A stretch of DNA of 42,840 bases from Cytophagia bacterium (GTDB lineage Bacteria > Bacteroidota > Bacteroidia > UBA7662). The stretch's first letter is position 1; each line of letters begins with the position of its first letter. The position numbers and the translations under genes are program-made. Below the pieces are notes generated by a model, which saw only the letters and a program-made list of their open reading frames with translations, had not been told where the DNA came from and ran no database searches. Shown here one piece after another: positions 24,641 to 34,683 of the stretch. The DNA lies in assembly GCA_009926405.1 (NCBI GenBank), contig RFOZ01000002.1, forward strand, positions 1 to 42,840, given 5' to 3'.

Positions 24641-26691
24641 GCTTTGCGCCACCAAAGCAGCGCTGCTTCGAAGGCCAAAAATACCAAGCAAGCCCCGATT
24701 AACCACCGGGTGAGCGAAGACTCTGTACCGTAAATTCCATTCCAACGGACCAAGGCCTTCCCAACGGCCCCGTTCTCCCCAAGGGCATCGGGGTAGGATT
24801 GCCGCAATTCATCCAAACTCATCCCTCGAAGGTCCGATTCCAATGGTTCTTGGTTGAGGGCAAACCAAGGACCCGGAGGAGATTCCGAACCCGGATCCAA
24901 ACGATAAAAACCGGGCTTGGCTTGTTCCATGGAGGGCCTGAGTAGGCAACGCCCGTTCACAACCCGTATGAACGGCCGCCAGGCATGCTGATCCTGCCCG
25001 GTCGAATCCATCGGCCTTAATTTCCATTCACCAGGTTCATCCCAGGTTCCCGGAAATGGCAGCGACCATTCACGTTCCCCACCCAAGGTGCCGGTGTACG
25101 ATGGAGCCTTGAGCGAAGCCAAAGCGAGGCGAAACCAGACCGGAACAAAAAGGTCATGCCGAACCAGTTCCGTCCACTCGTCGGTGAGCGGCGATGCAAA
25201 ACGGTACTGGACGCCTTCCCCCTCGTTGACCTGCATCAGCAAGGGATCGCCGTTGTTGAGGGCCAAGAGGACCCGATCCCCCAATTGCGGTTTCTCGACC
25301 CGGTAACCTTGCACCCCTGGTAAGGTTTCAGGCCTGGGCCTGCGGGTGAGGGCCTGACCCAAAAAGTCTGACGATGCATCGACGCTTTGAACCCGAAACG
25401 AACCCCGTAACACAGGAGTTTCTTTGGAGAGCCGTCCCCAATCTCGGGAAGGCAACGGCGTCCATGTTCCGGAAAGCAAGGCAGGAATGAACACCGCGGT
25501 ACCACCCCTGTGGACCCATTCTTTGATTTGGCCCAAAGCCATGGCTTGCCCCTTTTCGGGCCATGCCTCCACCACCAACAAATCCACCGAATCCAGGTCC
25601 GGAATCGGACTTTCCATAACATTCGATAAACTCACCTGAACCAAGGTATCCGTCGCCCAAACCGATTGCACAAAGGGATTTGGCTTGCCTGAAACAAGGT
25701 GAAGAACCCGGATGGTTCGATGCATGGGTAGGCTTACAAAAAAAGTGTTATCCGCGGTGTAACCGGGGTCGTTTAGGCTCAAGGTTACCAAGCCGGCCTC
25801 AGCAGGTCCGGGAACAAATTCAAAGGTGTCCAAAAGCAAGGCCTTTCCTTCATCGCTCAGACTCATTAGGCTTTTGCGCTGATTCAACCAACGAAGTTCG
25901 GCCTGCAAGCGTAAACCGCTGGGCCATTCTCCATAAAATCGTGTTCGGAATACCAAACGATTGGGAAAACCGGGTCGTACCGTTGTTTCAATTAACCAAG
26001 CCGAGTCGATTACAGCGTTAAAAAACGAGCGATTCACCACAGGCTGCAAATGCACCTTGAAACCTGCGGCGGGCTCCGAAAAGGCCATTTGATTTTTTTG
26101 GAAATCCGAAAAGATCCAGGTTTGAATTTCGTTCAACCCGGCGTCCCCTTCCTGCTCCATTCGGCGACGAAATTGTTCCAAGACTGCACTTGCGCTTCGA
26201 CGTTGTTCGACGATTTGAACCCTGTCCAGCCATTCGGCCATGCGATGGGCTGGCAACCAACCGCTATGCCACGGGGCTCGGTCGTTGGTAATCAAAGCAA
26301 AACGGGCATCCCTTGGGCTCTTCTCCAACAAGGTCCGCACAGACTGTTTGGCTTGTTCCAGCAGCAATCCATCTTCCCCCTCCATCTGCATGCTGGGACT
26401 GTTGTCCAAGTAGATCAAGTGCTTTTGCCCGGCACCGGATAGAGCCGTGGCATCCCCCCAACGGGGTTCCGCAAATGCCATGACCATGGCCAGGATGGCC
26501 AACAATCGAATGGCAAGTAGAAGAAGTCGAAAAAGCCTCTCTCGGCGTCGAACGGGGATTTGTTGATGCAATAGCCAGTCAAGCCGGGTAAACAAGGCTT
26601 TTTGACGCAGACGAAAACCAAAGAAATGGATGTACAACGGTACAAGCCAAAGGGTCAGCCCCCACAACGCCGACGGTTGACCCAGTACCAT
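24637..26691 (-). CDS. BatA-N-domain (N-terminal double-transmembrane domain) membrane protein
   Basis: 'MVLGQPSALWGLTLWLVPLYIHFF...LFRLLLLAIRLLAILAMVMAFAEPRW' resembles the TIGR02226-type double-TM N-terminus. A large extracytoplasmic region follows, then a C-terminal TM 'WLIGACLVFLAFEAALLWW'. Start at ATG 26691. Confidence 0.6.
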   Translation of the reverse strand: MVLGQPSALWGLTLWLVPLYIHFFGFRLRQKALFTRLDWLLHQQIPVRRRERLFRLLLLAIRLLAILAMVMAFAEPRWGDATALSGAGQKHLIYLDNSPSMQMEGEDGLLLEQAKQSVRTLLEKSPRDARFALITNDRAPWHSGWLPAHRMAEWLDRVQIVEQRRSASAVLEQFRRRMEQEGDAGLNEIQTWIFSDFQKNQMAFSEPAAGFKVHLQPVVNRSFFNAVIDSAWLIETTVRPGFPNRLVFRTRFYGEWPSGLRLQAELRWLNQRKSLMSLSDEGKALLLDTFEFVPGPAEAGLVTLSLNDPGYTADNTFFVSLPMHRTIRVLHLVSGKPNPFVQSVWATDTLVQVSLSNVMESPIPDLDSVDLLVVEAWPEKGQAMALGQIKEWVHRGGTAVFIPALLSGTWTPLPSRDWGRLSKETPVLRGSFRVQSVDASSDFLGQALTRRPRPETLPGVQGYRVEKPQLGDRVLLALNNGDPLLMQVNEGEGVQYRFASPLTDEWTELVRHDLFVPVWFRLALASLKAPSYTGTLGGEREWSLPFPGTWDEPGEWKLRPMDSTGQDQHAWRPFIRVVNGRCLLRPSMEQAKPGFYRLDPGSESPPGPWFALNQEPLESDLRGMSLDELRQSYPDALGENGAVGKALVRWNGIYGTESSLTRWLIGACLVFLAFEAALLWWRKA

Positions 26692-26697
26692 GGGCAA

Positions 26698-27615
26698 TTA
26701 AACCTCTTCGGGCCAAATCCAGGCCTCGGGCACCACGTTCGAGCGGACTTTCTCCAGAAAATTTTGGACGTATAAACCGCGGTATTCCAAACAAACGGCG
26801 GTCAACCAACGACCCCGAACCCAACGAGGGGTTAAACGAACGGAATAGCCAAGACCACGCAGGTTTGCCAACTTGGCCTCGGCCAAAGGCTTTTGGGAGT
26901 ACAGCCCCACCACCACACGATGCACCGGACACCACGATGGTTGGATCGCCGATCCTGGCTCCTCGATGGGAGACATCAGCGTTGCCTGACGCAGACAAGG
27001 ATCAAAAGGATCTGTCAAACGCGTGAAAGGGACCGTCGTCAAAAAAGTTCCGGGGTAACCGGCCAAGGCCAGGCCCTTCCCGTTGGCTGTATCCGTCCCA
27101 TCAACCACCAAAGCAAACCGACTCAACCCCACCAGGGCCAACCATGCGAAGGCATAGACCCATACGGAACGACCGGACCTGGTTCGAGAACGGGTCGAAC
27201 TGGAACCAGAACGGATCGGACTGGTATTTTTTAGTTGGCTTCGGCGGGTCCAATTCACCGGTGCCCATCCATAATGGGGATGGTCATCGGACAAGACGCC
27301 GGGATCGGCCATCAATTCCACACCTTGTTCCACCTTGCGCAAAAGGCCCCATCCTTCAACATGAAGAGAACCACCCTGGGTTCCAACCAATTCGAGGGCC
27401 GAACGCAGGGGTTCGATTAAATGCAAGGTTTCCAAGGACGCCGAGACCTCGGGGCCTTGGGGGATAAAAAGCCAGTGATAGCGAGGTGAGCGTAGGCGGG
27501 ACTCGGAGGCCTGCCAGCGAGCGCCTTCCATGGTATAAACGACCTGACCAAAGCCGGCAAGGGTGGCGGAACTGCGAATGCAGCGCAATCGTTCTTGGTC
27601 CAAAGGCAGCGTCAT
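26698..27615 (-). CDS. Bitopic membrane protein with possible C-terminal SPOR-like (peptidoglycan-binding) domain
   Basis: An S/R-rich linker is followed by the TM helix 'VWVYAFAWLALVGLSRFALVV'. The C-terminal 'HRVVVGLYSQKPLAEAKLANLRGLGYSVRL...' has a SPOR-like beta-alpha-beta pattern. The function call is weak. Confidence 0.4.
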   Translation of the reverse strand: MTLPLDQERLRCIRSSATLAGFGQVVYTMEGARWQASESRLRSPRYHWLFIPQGPEVSASLETLHLIEPLRSALELVGTQGGSLHVEGWGLLRKVEQGVELMADPGVLSDDHPHYGWAPVNWTRRSQLKNTSPIRSGSSSTRSRTRSGRSVWVYAFAWLALVGLSRFALVVDGTDTANGKGLALAGYPGTFLTTVPFTRLTDPFDPCLRQATLMSPIEEPGSAIQPSWCPVHRVVVGLYSQKPLAEAKLANLRGLGYSVRLTPRWVRGRWLTAVCLEYRGLYVQNFLEKVRSNVVPEAWIWPEEV

Positions 27616-27628
27616 GCTCAAATTTACA

Positions 27629-29272
27629 TCAAAGTTGCTTTCTCCATTCCAATTGCAAGAGCGCACCCCCGTACAATTCTTCGGCCCACCGGAAAACCAA
27701 CGGACCCTGACGCTGCCTAAAAACCAAGGACCAAACCCCAGCGGCTCCGGTGTTTTTGTCCAAGGCCAGGTCCATGGACCAGGGTGACTTCAAGGGAGCG
27801 GTCGAAGACAGGTTAGACCCCAGCCCGTAGATCATCGCATCACCACGCCATTTCAAGCCCTTGCCTACGGGGCCTTTCAATTTAATTCCTGCATAAGCGC
27901 TGGGTTGCAGACCAGGCAGGGCCTTGGATTGACCATCGTCCAACATACCCTGGGCGCCCCACTGCAAGGACAAACGGTAGCGATCTCCCACCGAAGTGGT
28001 CCACAAACTGTTCAAATCCCATCGCAGGGCCGTTTCCAAATGAAAAGTTCGAACCCCAAAAGCTTCGCGATTATCGGCTTCAAAAAAGCGCAGATTGTTC
28101 CAACGGCCCAAAGCCAAACGATGCTCGCCTTGCCAGGACTTGAGCAGGCCGTGCTTCCAGCGAACGAAGCCTTCGAAACGGTTCACCGAGGCGCCGTAGG
28201 AATTCAATCGAAAAAGGGTCGGGTATCGCCCCGTCCAATCGTACAAAGACGCTTGTTGAATCCCGGAGACCAGCCCTGCTTCCAAGAGACCCGAAAGGCC
28301 TGATGGACCCAAGGAACGCTCGACACCAAAATCAGGCAAAAGAACCCAACCCGTTTGGAGGTCGTCCTTCAAAAAGGCCAAGGTGGGTGCCAGTTTCCAC
28401 CGAAACAACCCTCCGCCCTGTTGCAAGGAGAATCCCATGGTCCCCAGCTGGCGATTCCCGCTCATTTCATCGGTGTTCCACAACGCCATCGCATACGAGA
28501 ACTTTCCTTGAAGTGTCAAATTTTCAAAACGAACCGTCGAACGATGCGCCATATCAAAACCCCATTCTCCCAATCCATTCCCGCCGGAATAACCATGCAG
28601 GGTCACCCGATTCAAGGTCATCAAACCCTCCAAACGCTTGTTTTCCTTTTCCTGCTCCCAGCCAGGCTTCAGCCAAAAATGCAGGTAAGGAGACTTTTTC
28701 TCGTCAACGGAAACCTGCATTGAACGAAGACGGGTTTCCAGCGACCACCTCTGACCGTTGGCCTGAGGGGCGGATTCCATCCAAAACGAAGGCAAGAACC
28801 CGCGGATACGGGGATCAGGCCCCGATGCGGGGCCCCAAGGTCCGGCCGCCCCTTGAACCGATGCAAGCCAATGCCAGGATTTGGACGCCACCTTGACCGG
28901 ACCTGAGCCGGTCCAACCCAGATTTCCCCGCTGCCAAGGCCAAAAACCAAGGGTCCATTGACGATGATTTTTTTCGATGGGTGGACGCGTTTCGAACGAG
29001 GCCCGGGGCCAACGGGGCTCGACCATCAAGGAGCCATCTGGGAGACGATCCAGGGTATCCATAACATAAGTCAAAGACGTTGTTTTGGATTCTTCACGCA
29101 ATGGAATGGGATCGGTGCTGTATCGAAACCACTCGGGTAGGTGCGGATCGTACGATCGAACAATACGGACCGGGCTTCCGGAGAGCAAGGAGTCCTGAGC
29201 CTTGACCCATCCGGCCTCGAGTAGGCCCGGTATCAACCAGACCAACCACCTTAATTGTTTCACGGTTGCCAT
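27629..29272 (-). CDS. Secreted hypothetical protein, possibly an outer-membrane beta-barrel
   Basis: Signal-like N-terminus 'MATVKQLRWLVWLIPGLLEAGWVKAQ'. Alternating aromatic/Gly-rich beta-strand-like segments run throughout. No family recognised. ATG 29305 is an alternative start. Confidence 0.45.
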   Translation of the reverse strand: MATVKQLRWLVWLIPGLLEAGWVKAQDSLLSGSPVRIVRSYDPHLPEWFRYSTDPIPLREESKTTSLTYVMDTLDRLPDGSLMVEPRWPRASFETRPPIEKNHRQWTLGFWPWQRGNLGWTGSGPVKVASKSWHWLASVQGAAGPWGPASGPDPRIRGFLPSFWMESAPQANGQRWSLETRLRSMQVSVDEKKSPYLHFWLKPGWEQEKENKRLEGLMTLNRVTLHGYSGGNGLGEWGFDMAHRSTVRFENLTLQGKFSYAMALWNTDEMSGNRQLGTMGFSLQQGGGLFRWKLAPTLAFLKDDLQTGWVLLPDFGVERSLGPSGLSGLLEAGLVSGIQQASLYDWTGRYPTLFRLNSYGASVNRFEGFVRWKHGLLKSWQGEHRLALGRWNNLRFFEADNREAFGVRTFHLETALRWDLNSLWTTSVGDRYRLSLQWGAQGMLDDGQSKALPGLQPSAYAGIKLKGPVGKGLKWRGDAMIYGLGSNLSSTAPLKSPWSMDLALDKNTGAAGVWSLVFRQRQGPLVFRWAEELYGGALLQLEWRKQL

Positions 29273-32200
29273 TCTTTGATGCGATTTTCGGCCATACGAG
29301 TCCATTCATCCGGCTCTCTACCTTCAATAAGATTGCGAAGGACCGCCAAGGCCTGTTCCTTTTCTTTGATCGCGTAGAGATTCTCCGCCAAAAGGAGGAG
29401 ACCCCTTCCGTACCACTCACTAAACTGAGGCCAACGATCGGTCAGGTCAAAAAGCAAGTCTTGGGAAACGGTGTAATCCTTCCGCTCAAAGGCCATGGAG
29501 GCCAAATCGTAAAGAGATCGGGCCGCCCATTCGGTCAACGATGAATCGGCCAATCGCCTGAGCATGCGCTGGGCCAGAGCGGCTTGCCCCCGATAGCGCG
29601 ATGCATTCGCGGCATGCCATTCCATCTCATCTTGATCGTTCCGACCCCACTCGGGTCCCGCTCGATGACGCTTGACCAAGGAGTCCACCGAAGAATAATC
29701 CTTGAGCAGGGTGCTGGCCCGAATCAGCCCCATAACAGCCTCCAAACGAGATGATTGAGAAAAGGTTCCCGCCAACAATTTACGGTAAACATCCACGGAA
29801 CCTCGCAGGTTCTGGATCCCGGAATAAACGAGGGCCAGCTTGAGCATAGCGCGCTCCGTAAAAAGGTTCTGAGGCATGGCCAACAAAGCCTCCAAGTCTT
29901 GGCGAAGCATCGCAGGATCCCCAACTTTTTCGGCAGCGACTGAACGATAATACAAAGCATTGGCTTTGAAAGACCCCCCGGGGTACTCCTGCAAGTATTG
30001 GGTATAAGACGCCAACGCCTCAAAAAACTTACCGGCATCCAAACTGTATTGGGCCGATTCGTAAAGTATCGAATCTCGCGGATCGTCTTGCAAGGCCAAC
30101 AAACCATTCTTGCCCGCAATATCCAGGTACTTCTGAGGCCTATTGTTCCGAATACACCACTGGCGTAATTCAAAAAGTGCATCCTTGGCTTCGGGCAAAC
30201 CGGCGGCCTCTCGAATCACATCCTCAAAGACAGCCATGGCCAGGCTATCCTTTTGTTGTTCCAGGAAGACCGAACCTTGCAAATTCATCGCCACAAAGGC
30301 CAAACGATGACGTGGATACCCTTGACGCAGTAAATCAATGCAAACCAAGGCCGAATCAAACGCAAATTCTTGGTAACAGGTCATCGCCAATTCCATCAGC
30401 GCATACATGCGGTAATCCGAAGGAGGTTCTTGGAGGACGAGCGAGCTCAATTCTTGACGCTTCCGGTCGTTGTTGCGCAAAATCCCATAACAAATGGCCA
30501 ACTGGTACCGGGCATAGTCCACATCCCGCTCAAGGTCATGAATACAAAAATTGAATTGCCGAATAGCGGCTTCGATTTGGCCATCGCGCAGGTACGCATC
30601 GGCCAAACGGGTGTATGCGTCCCTGTGCATGGCAGCTTCGACTTCGCTAAGCGCGCCCATGGCTTGACCTTCCTTCACCGCCTGGTTCAAGTAACGCACC
30701 GCCTGGGCCGGGCGCTCCAGCTTGAAGGAAAGGTGACCGAGCTGATAATAAGCCGCCATGGGATGGCAACCCCATTCCCGAAGCTGGGATGAAAAACAAC
30801 CGAAGTCCACGAAATTCTTCATCCACAAAAGGGCCTGGTTGTATTCTCCCACCTTGTGGTACAATTCAGATTTCCAAAAAAGAGTCGCTGCCCGAAGATT
30901 GGAATCCACCGGATAAAGCAGCGAAGAATCTAAATAAGGAAGGCATTCGACATAGCGACGTTGATTAAACCAGGTCAGACCCTGTTGGTAATAAAGACGC
31001 TGCAACAAACCTTGAAGTCGAGGCGTTTTGTTGGAGACGGAACGCAAAATGCGAAGCGATTCCAGGTAATGGTGAGCACGCATGGCCAAGTCGCTCAAGT
31101 ATTCGCTGAGTTCTTCGCGATGCTTGCTCTGCGGGTATTGGAGAAGGAAAGCCGCAAGTGCCCTGAAATTGGACGGGGATTCCCCCACCTCGTAACTCAA
31201 TTTGGCATAGAGGTAAAAAGCCTTTTCTCTCCATTCACCGTCCAATTCGCGTTCGGTTATTCGTTGGAAGGCCGCTCGGGCTCGGGCCTTGTATCGGTCC
31301 GGACCGGATTCACCGGCCTTGGCCAACCAGGCCCAACCCATTACACCGTACGCCGTGGACTTGACCGAATCAGGCCAGGATTCAAGTCCCTTGACCAAGC
31401 TCAAAATCGTGTCCCATGAACCTGTCAACGATAACATCGAACACCACCGCAGGGTATCGTCCACCGTAGGCGTAAATCCTGTTGCCACCGACGCCCTCCA
31501 AAAATTCGTGTACGCCTGGGGTTGGGCTGCTTGGTAGGCCAAACTCAACCCCAAACGCATCAAACCTTTGGCATCCGGATTTTGAGCCAAAACAACCTGC
31601 TGGCTATCCAAAAATTGCAGAACGCCCAGCGTATCCCCCTGCATGGTCCGGGCCCAAGCCAACGGATAAGCACAGCGGGGGCCAAAAACAGAGTCCGTCT
31701 TCAATTCAGACACCAGGGCAAGGACGGACGCAGCTTCTTGCTGCCGAAGGCGCAAGACGAGGAGCGCGTAACGGGCGGGGTTCCTGTAAGGGCCTTCGGA
31801 ACCAGCCGCCTGCATCCAATGCGCTGCGGCCGCCGCAGTATCCGCAGACAACCGCAAAAACCCACGCATATAATGGTATTGTTGGGCTTCAGACCAATCC
31901 AAGCGGTACCAATTCAGGGAATCCAAGCATAGGCTGGCTTCTGAAATCCGATCCTCTTGCAATAAATACGTGGCATAGGCCAATTGAACCGTGGGCAAGG
32001 ACGGATGTTCCGGATGGTTGAGAAGGAAATCCTCGCACAATGGATCGGCTTCAGGTCGTCGATCGGCCACGGCTTGCAAACACTGAGCCAAACCCTTGAT
32101 CTCCGGGTCGGGTTCGGATGCCCGTAACAACAGACCGGCGAGGGCATGCTCCTGCCGCAAAGACCAGGTCTTGATCTCCTCCCCAAACCACCGATCCTCG

Positions 32201-32319
32201 GTAGGTGGCCTCCAACCCTGGGCATTGGCTCCGTTGAACCACCCAAGGAGAAACAGGCCTAACCATCCCACGCTATTTGCAATCCAAATGCTACGCATGG
32301 AATCGTGGGTTCGTCGCAT
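29260..32319 (-). CDS. Large secreted tetratricopeptide-repeat (TPR) protein
   Basis: ~1019 aa. Signal peptide '...SVGWLGLFLLGWFNGANAQ'. The rest is helical, with recurrent A/Y/L TPR-like periodicity ('A..YY..G......Y..A...'). ATG 32319 overlaps the upstream TGA (TGATG). Confidence 0.65.
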   Translation of the reverse strand: MRRTHDSMRSIWIANSVGWLGLFLLGWFNGANAQGWRPPTEDRWFGEEIKTWSLRQEHALAGLLLRASEPDPEIKGLAQCLQAVADRRPEADPLCEDFLLNHPEHPSLPTVQLAYATYLLQEDRISEASLCLDSLNWYRLDWSEAQQYHYMRGFLRLSADTAAAAAHWMQAAGSEGPYRNPARYALLVLRLRQQEAASVLALVSELKTDSVFGPRCAYPLAWARTMQGDTLGVLQFLDSQQVVLAQNPDAKGLMRLGLSLAYQAAQPQAYTNFWRASVATGFTPTVDDTLRWCSMLSLTGSWDTILSLVKGLESWPDSVKSTAYGVMGWAWLAKAGESGPDRYKARARAAFQRITERELDGEWREKAFYLYAKLSYEVGESPSNFRALAAFLLQYPQSKHREELSEYLSDLAMRAHHYLESLRILRSVSNKTPRLQGLLQRLYYQQGLTWFNQRRYVECLPYLDSSLLYPVDSNLRAATLFWKSELYHKVGEYNQALLWMKNFVDFGCFSSQLREWGCHPMAAYYQLGHLSFKLERPAQAVRYLNQAVKEGQAMGALSEVEAAMHRDAYTRLADAYLRDGQIEAAIRQFNFCIHDLERDVDYARYQLAICYGILRNNDRKRQELSSLVLQEPPSDYRMYALMELAMTCYQEFAFDSALVCIDLLRQGYPRHRLAFVAMNLQGSVFLEQQKDSLAMAVFEDVIREAAGLPEAKDALFELRQWCIRNNRPQKYLDIAGKNGLLALQDDPRDSILYESAQYSLDAGKFFEALASYTQYLQEYPGGSFKANALYYRSVAAEKVGDPAMLRQDLEALLAMPQNLFTERAMLKLALVYSGIQNLRGSVDVYRKLLAGTFSQSSRLEAVMGLIRASTLLKDYSSVDSLVKRHRAGPEWGRNDQDEMEWHAANASRYRGQAALAQRMLRRLADSSLTEWAARSLYDLASMAFERKDYTVSQDLLFDLTDRWPQFSEWYGRGLLLLAENLYAIKEKEQALAVLRNLIEGREPDEWTRMAENRIKEWQP

Positions 32320-34646
32320 CAAAAATGAAAAACCAGACCAAGGGCCGGCAAAATCGGTAGTTGATCCACCCTGGTATAACGGATCCGATCAAAATAAAAT
32401 ATATTCCGACGATCGTAGGCATTGGTTAAACTAAAATTGATATCCATCGAGCGGTCGTTGTTCCATTCCTTGCGGTAACGCAGGGCCAAATCCAATCGGT
32501 GATAGGTTGGCAGGCGGCCTTTGTTGAAATCCGCAAAAAGAACGCCCAGCTCCCCACCTTGGTTGATATAATCGGTTCCTGCACCGGCCCCGAAATCAAC
32601 CTGCGGGTAAAATCCCTGGGTTTGGGTAAAAGGAAATCCGGTCCCCAAGTTCCAACGACCTGACACCTCCCATTGCAATTCGTTGCCAAAGGTGTAATTA
32701 CTTACAACATTGATGTTATGACGGCGGTCAAAAACAGGGTTGTAGATCCGAATCCCGTCAAAACGATCGACATAGGTCCAGCTGTAGGTGGTCCATAGAT
32801 AAAATCTCTTGACATCGTACTTGACCCGGAAATCAAACCCGTAGGCCTGACCGCGTTCCAGAATAAAATCTTTTTTGAGAGCATCGGGCTTCCCAAAATT
32901 CGCCTCTATGTCATCAAAGATTTTGTCTCTGTTGATATTGGTTAACTGCGTAAATTGTTTGATATAAGTCTCGGCATTGATCTCAATACGAGGACCCAAA
33001 TCAATTTCAACCCCTCCCACCAAATGGTTGGCTTTTTGAAGTCTGGAGGTCACCTCTTGCCCGTCAAAGGTTTTGGGTAAATTATCGGGTCCGGACAAGA
33101 AGCCCAGGAACAGATTCACCACATCACGATCGGAGGTGGCGCTGATGAGATTTTGGGAATATTTTCCGGCAGCCACTTTGAAACGGAGGTCCGAACGGGC
33201 ATTGAACTTGGCACTAAAACGGGGTTCCAAGGACATTTCGGTGAGGCTGGAATAATAATGGGCCCGCAGTCCCGGTTCCAGAACCCACTTATCAAAGACC
33301 AAGTTGTATTTGCCAAAAACAGCCAGCTCGGTGGTACTCTCTTGCTGACGGATGATTTTGCCAACTGAATTGGTGAAATTAAAATCGGTACTGAGACCTA
33401 CCAAGTCAAAGCCAAAATTGGCCTGACCTGAATTGAGGTACTGGGTAACGGCCACCGTTCCGTTAAAACCAGTGATGGAAGAACGACGGGGTCTTCCGTC
33501 TGCTTCGGTTTGACCCGAAACAAAATTGGAATAAGCCAGGTTCCCTGAAATCGTATTTCCGGCACCTTCGGGGATCAATACAAATTGGGTGCCAGCTCCG
33601 GTTGATACCCAATCCACGTCGGCGATGCCTCGAAAATTGGCCCGATCCCGCATATTAAACCCGAACAAAGAAAGCTTGGAGCCTGAATTGGATTTGAACG
33701 TGGTTTTGCCGTAGATATCCAAAAAGGAGAAAGGAAGGCCTTGAGGACCGGCATAGGAATACAAGGCCTTGGAAGTTTGGTCCAAATACGAACCTTTGGC
33801 GCTAAAGATGAAGGTAGGCGTCGAACCCTCATTCTTTTTGGACTTCCAAAGCGGGCCTTCCAGCACCAGGCGACTCAAGAAAGGGCTCACCCCTATCTTG
33901 CCCGATAGGCGTTTTTGGTTTCCATCGCGGGTTGTTACATCCATGACCGCCGAAATACGACCCCCGTGATTGGCGTTGTAAGCCCCGGTGAAGACTTCGG
34001 CGTTCTTGATAAGGTCCGTCTCAAAAACCGAATACAATCCAATCGAGTGAAAGGGATTGTACAAGAGCATACCGTCCAGCATCACCTTGTTCATGACGGG
34101 AGAACCACCGCGGATGTACAATTGCCCGCCCTGGTCACCGGTAAAAACAACCCCGGGCAGGACCTGCAAGTACTGGGCGATATCGGCTTCACCACCCACG
34201 GAAACGACCTGGGTAATTTGTTTGGGTGTTACGGTCTCGACCGAAACACGGGTGTTGGTCAGTTGTTCTTGTTTGGCGCCCAAGACCTCGACCTCCCTCA
34301 ACCCTATGGATGACTTGTTAAGTAAAAGTCGAAAACTTAGGGTGGCTCCAGCGCTTAGATTAACAGGCACCGAGGCCGTATCATAACCCAGGTACGTGCT
34401 GGTGAGCCGATATTGACCGGGTGGTACATTTTTGATGGTAAAAAAGCCATTCACATCGGTGCTGGCACCGATGGTCGTACCTGCCAAAAAAACATTGGTA
34501 AAAAGGATGGGCTCCCCGGTTCCTTGATCGTAAACAAAACCTCTGAGCGTACCTGTTTGGGCTGCTATCTCACCTACCCACAGGGTCAAAACCAAGATGA
34601 AAAAAAAAGGCCGTACCAAACAGCTTGGGTTCTGAAATCGCCTCAT
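32319..34646 (-). CDS. TonB-dependent-receptor-like outer-membrane protein with N-terminal CarboxypepD_reg-like domain
   Basis: Signal peptide MRRFQNPSCLVRPFFFILVLTLWVGEIAAQ. 'GTLRGFVYD..GEPILFTNVFL.GT..GASTDVNGFFTIKNVPPGQYRL' is a CarboxypepD_reg domain. The plug reads 'DIAQYLQVLPGVVFTGDQGGQLYIRGGSPVMNKVMLDG'. A long beta-barrel ends in '...GLVFHF' (terminal Phe). No SusD-like partner is adjacent. Confidence 0.75.
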   Translation of the reverse strand: MRRFQNPSCLVRPFFFILVLTLWVGEIAAQTGTLRGFVYDQGTGEPILFTNVFLAGTTIGASTDVNGFFTIKNVPPGQYRLTSTYLGYDTASVPVNLSAGATLSFRLLLNKSSIGLREVEVLGAKQEQLTNTRVSVETVTPKQITQVVSVGGEADIAQYLQVLPGVVFTGDQGGQLYIRGGSPVMNKVMLDGMLLYNPFHSIGLYSVFETDLIKNAEVFTGAYNANHGGRISAVMDVTTRDGNQKRLSGKIGVSPFLSRLVLEGPLWKSKKNEGSTPTFIFSAKGSYLDQTSKALYSYAGPQGLPFSFLDIYGKTTFKSNSGSKLSLFGFNMRDRANFRGIADVDWVSTGAGTQFVLIPEGAGNTISGNLAYSNFVSGQTEADGRPRRSSITGFNGTVAVTQYLNSGQANFGFDLVGLSTDFNFTNSVGKIIRQQESTTELAVFGKYNLVFDKWVLEPGLRAHYYSSLTEMSLEPRFSAKFNARSDLRFKVAAGKYSQNLISATSDRDVVNLFLGFLSGPDNLPKTFDGQEVTSRLQKANHLVGGVEIDLGPRIEINAETYIKQFTQLTNINRDKIFDDIEANFGKPDALKKDFILERGQAYGFDFRVKYDVKRFYLWTTYSWTYVDRFDGIRIYNPVFDRRHNINVVSNYTFGNELQWEVSGRWNLGTGFPFTQTQGFYPQVDFGAGAGTDYINQGGELGVLFADFNKGRLPTYHRLDLALRYRKEWNNDRSMDINFSLTNAYDRRNIFYFDRIRYTRVDQLPILPALGLVFHF

Positions 34647-34683
34647 CAGGGCGAATTTAAGCGTAAACAAAGAATTTGCAACG

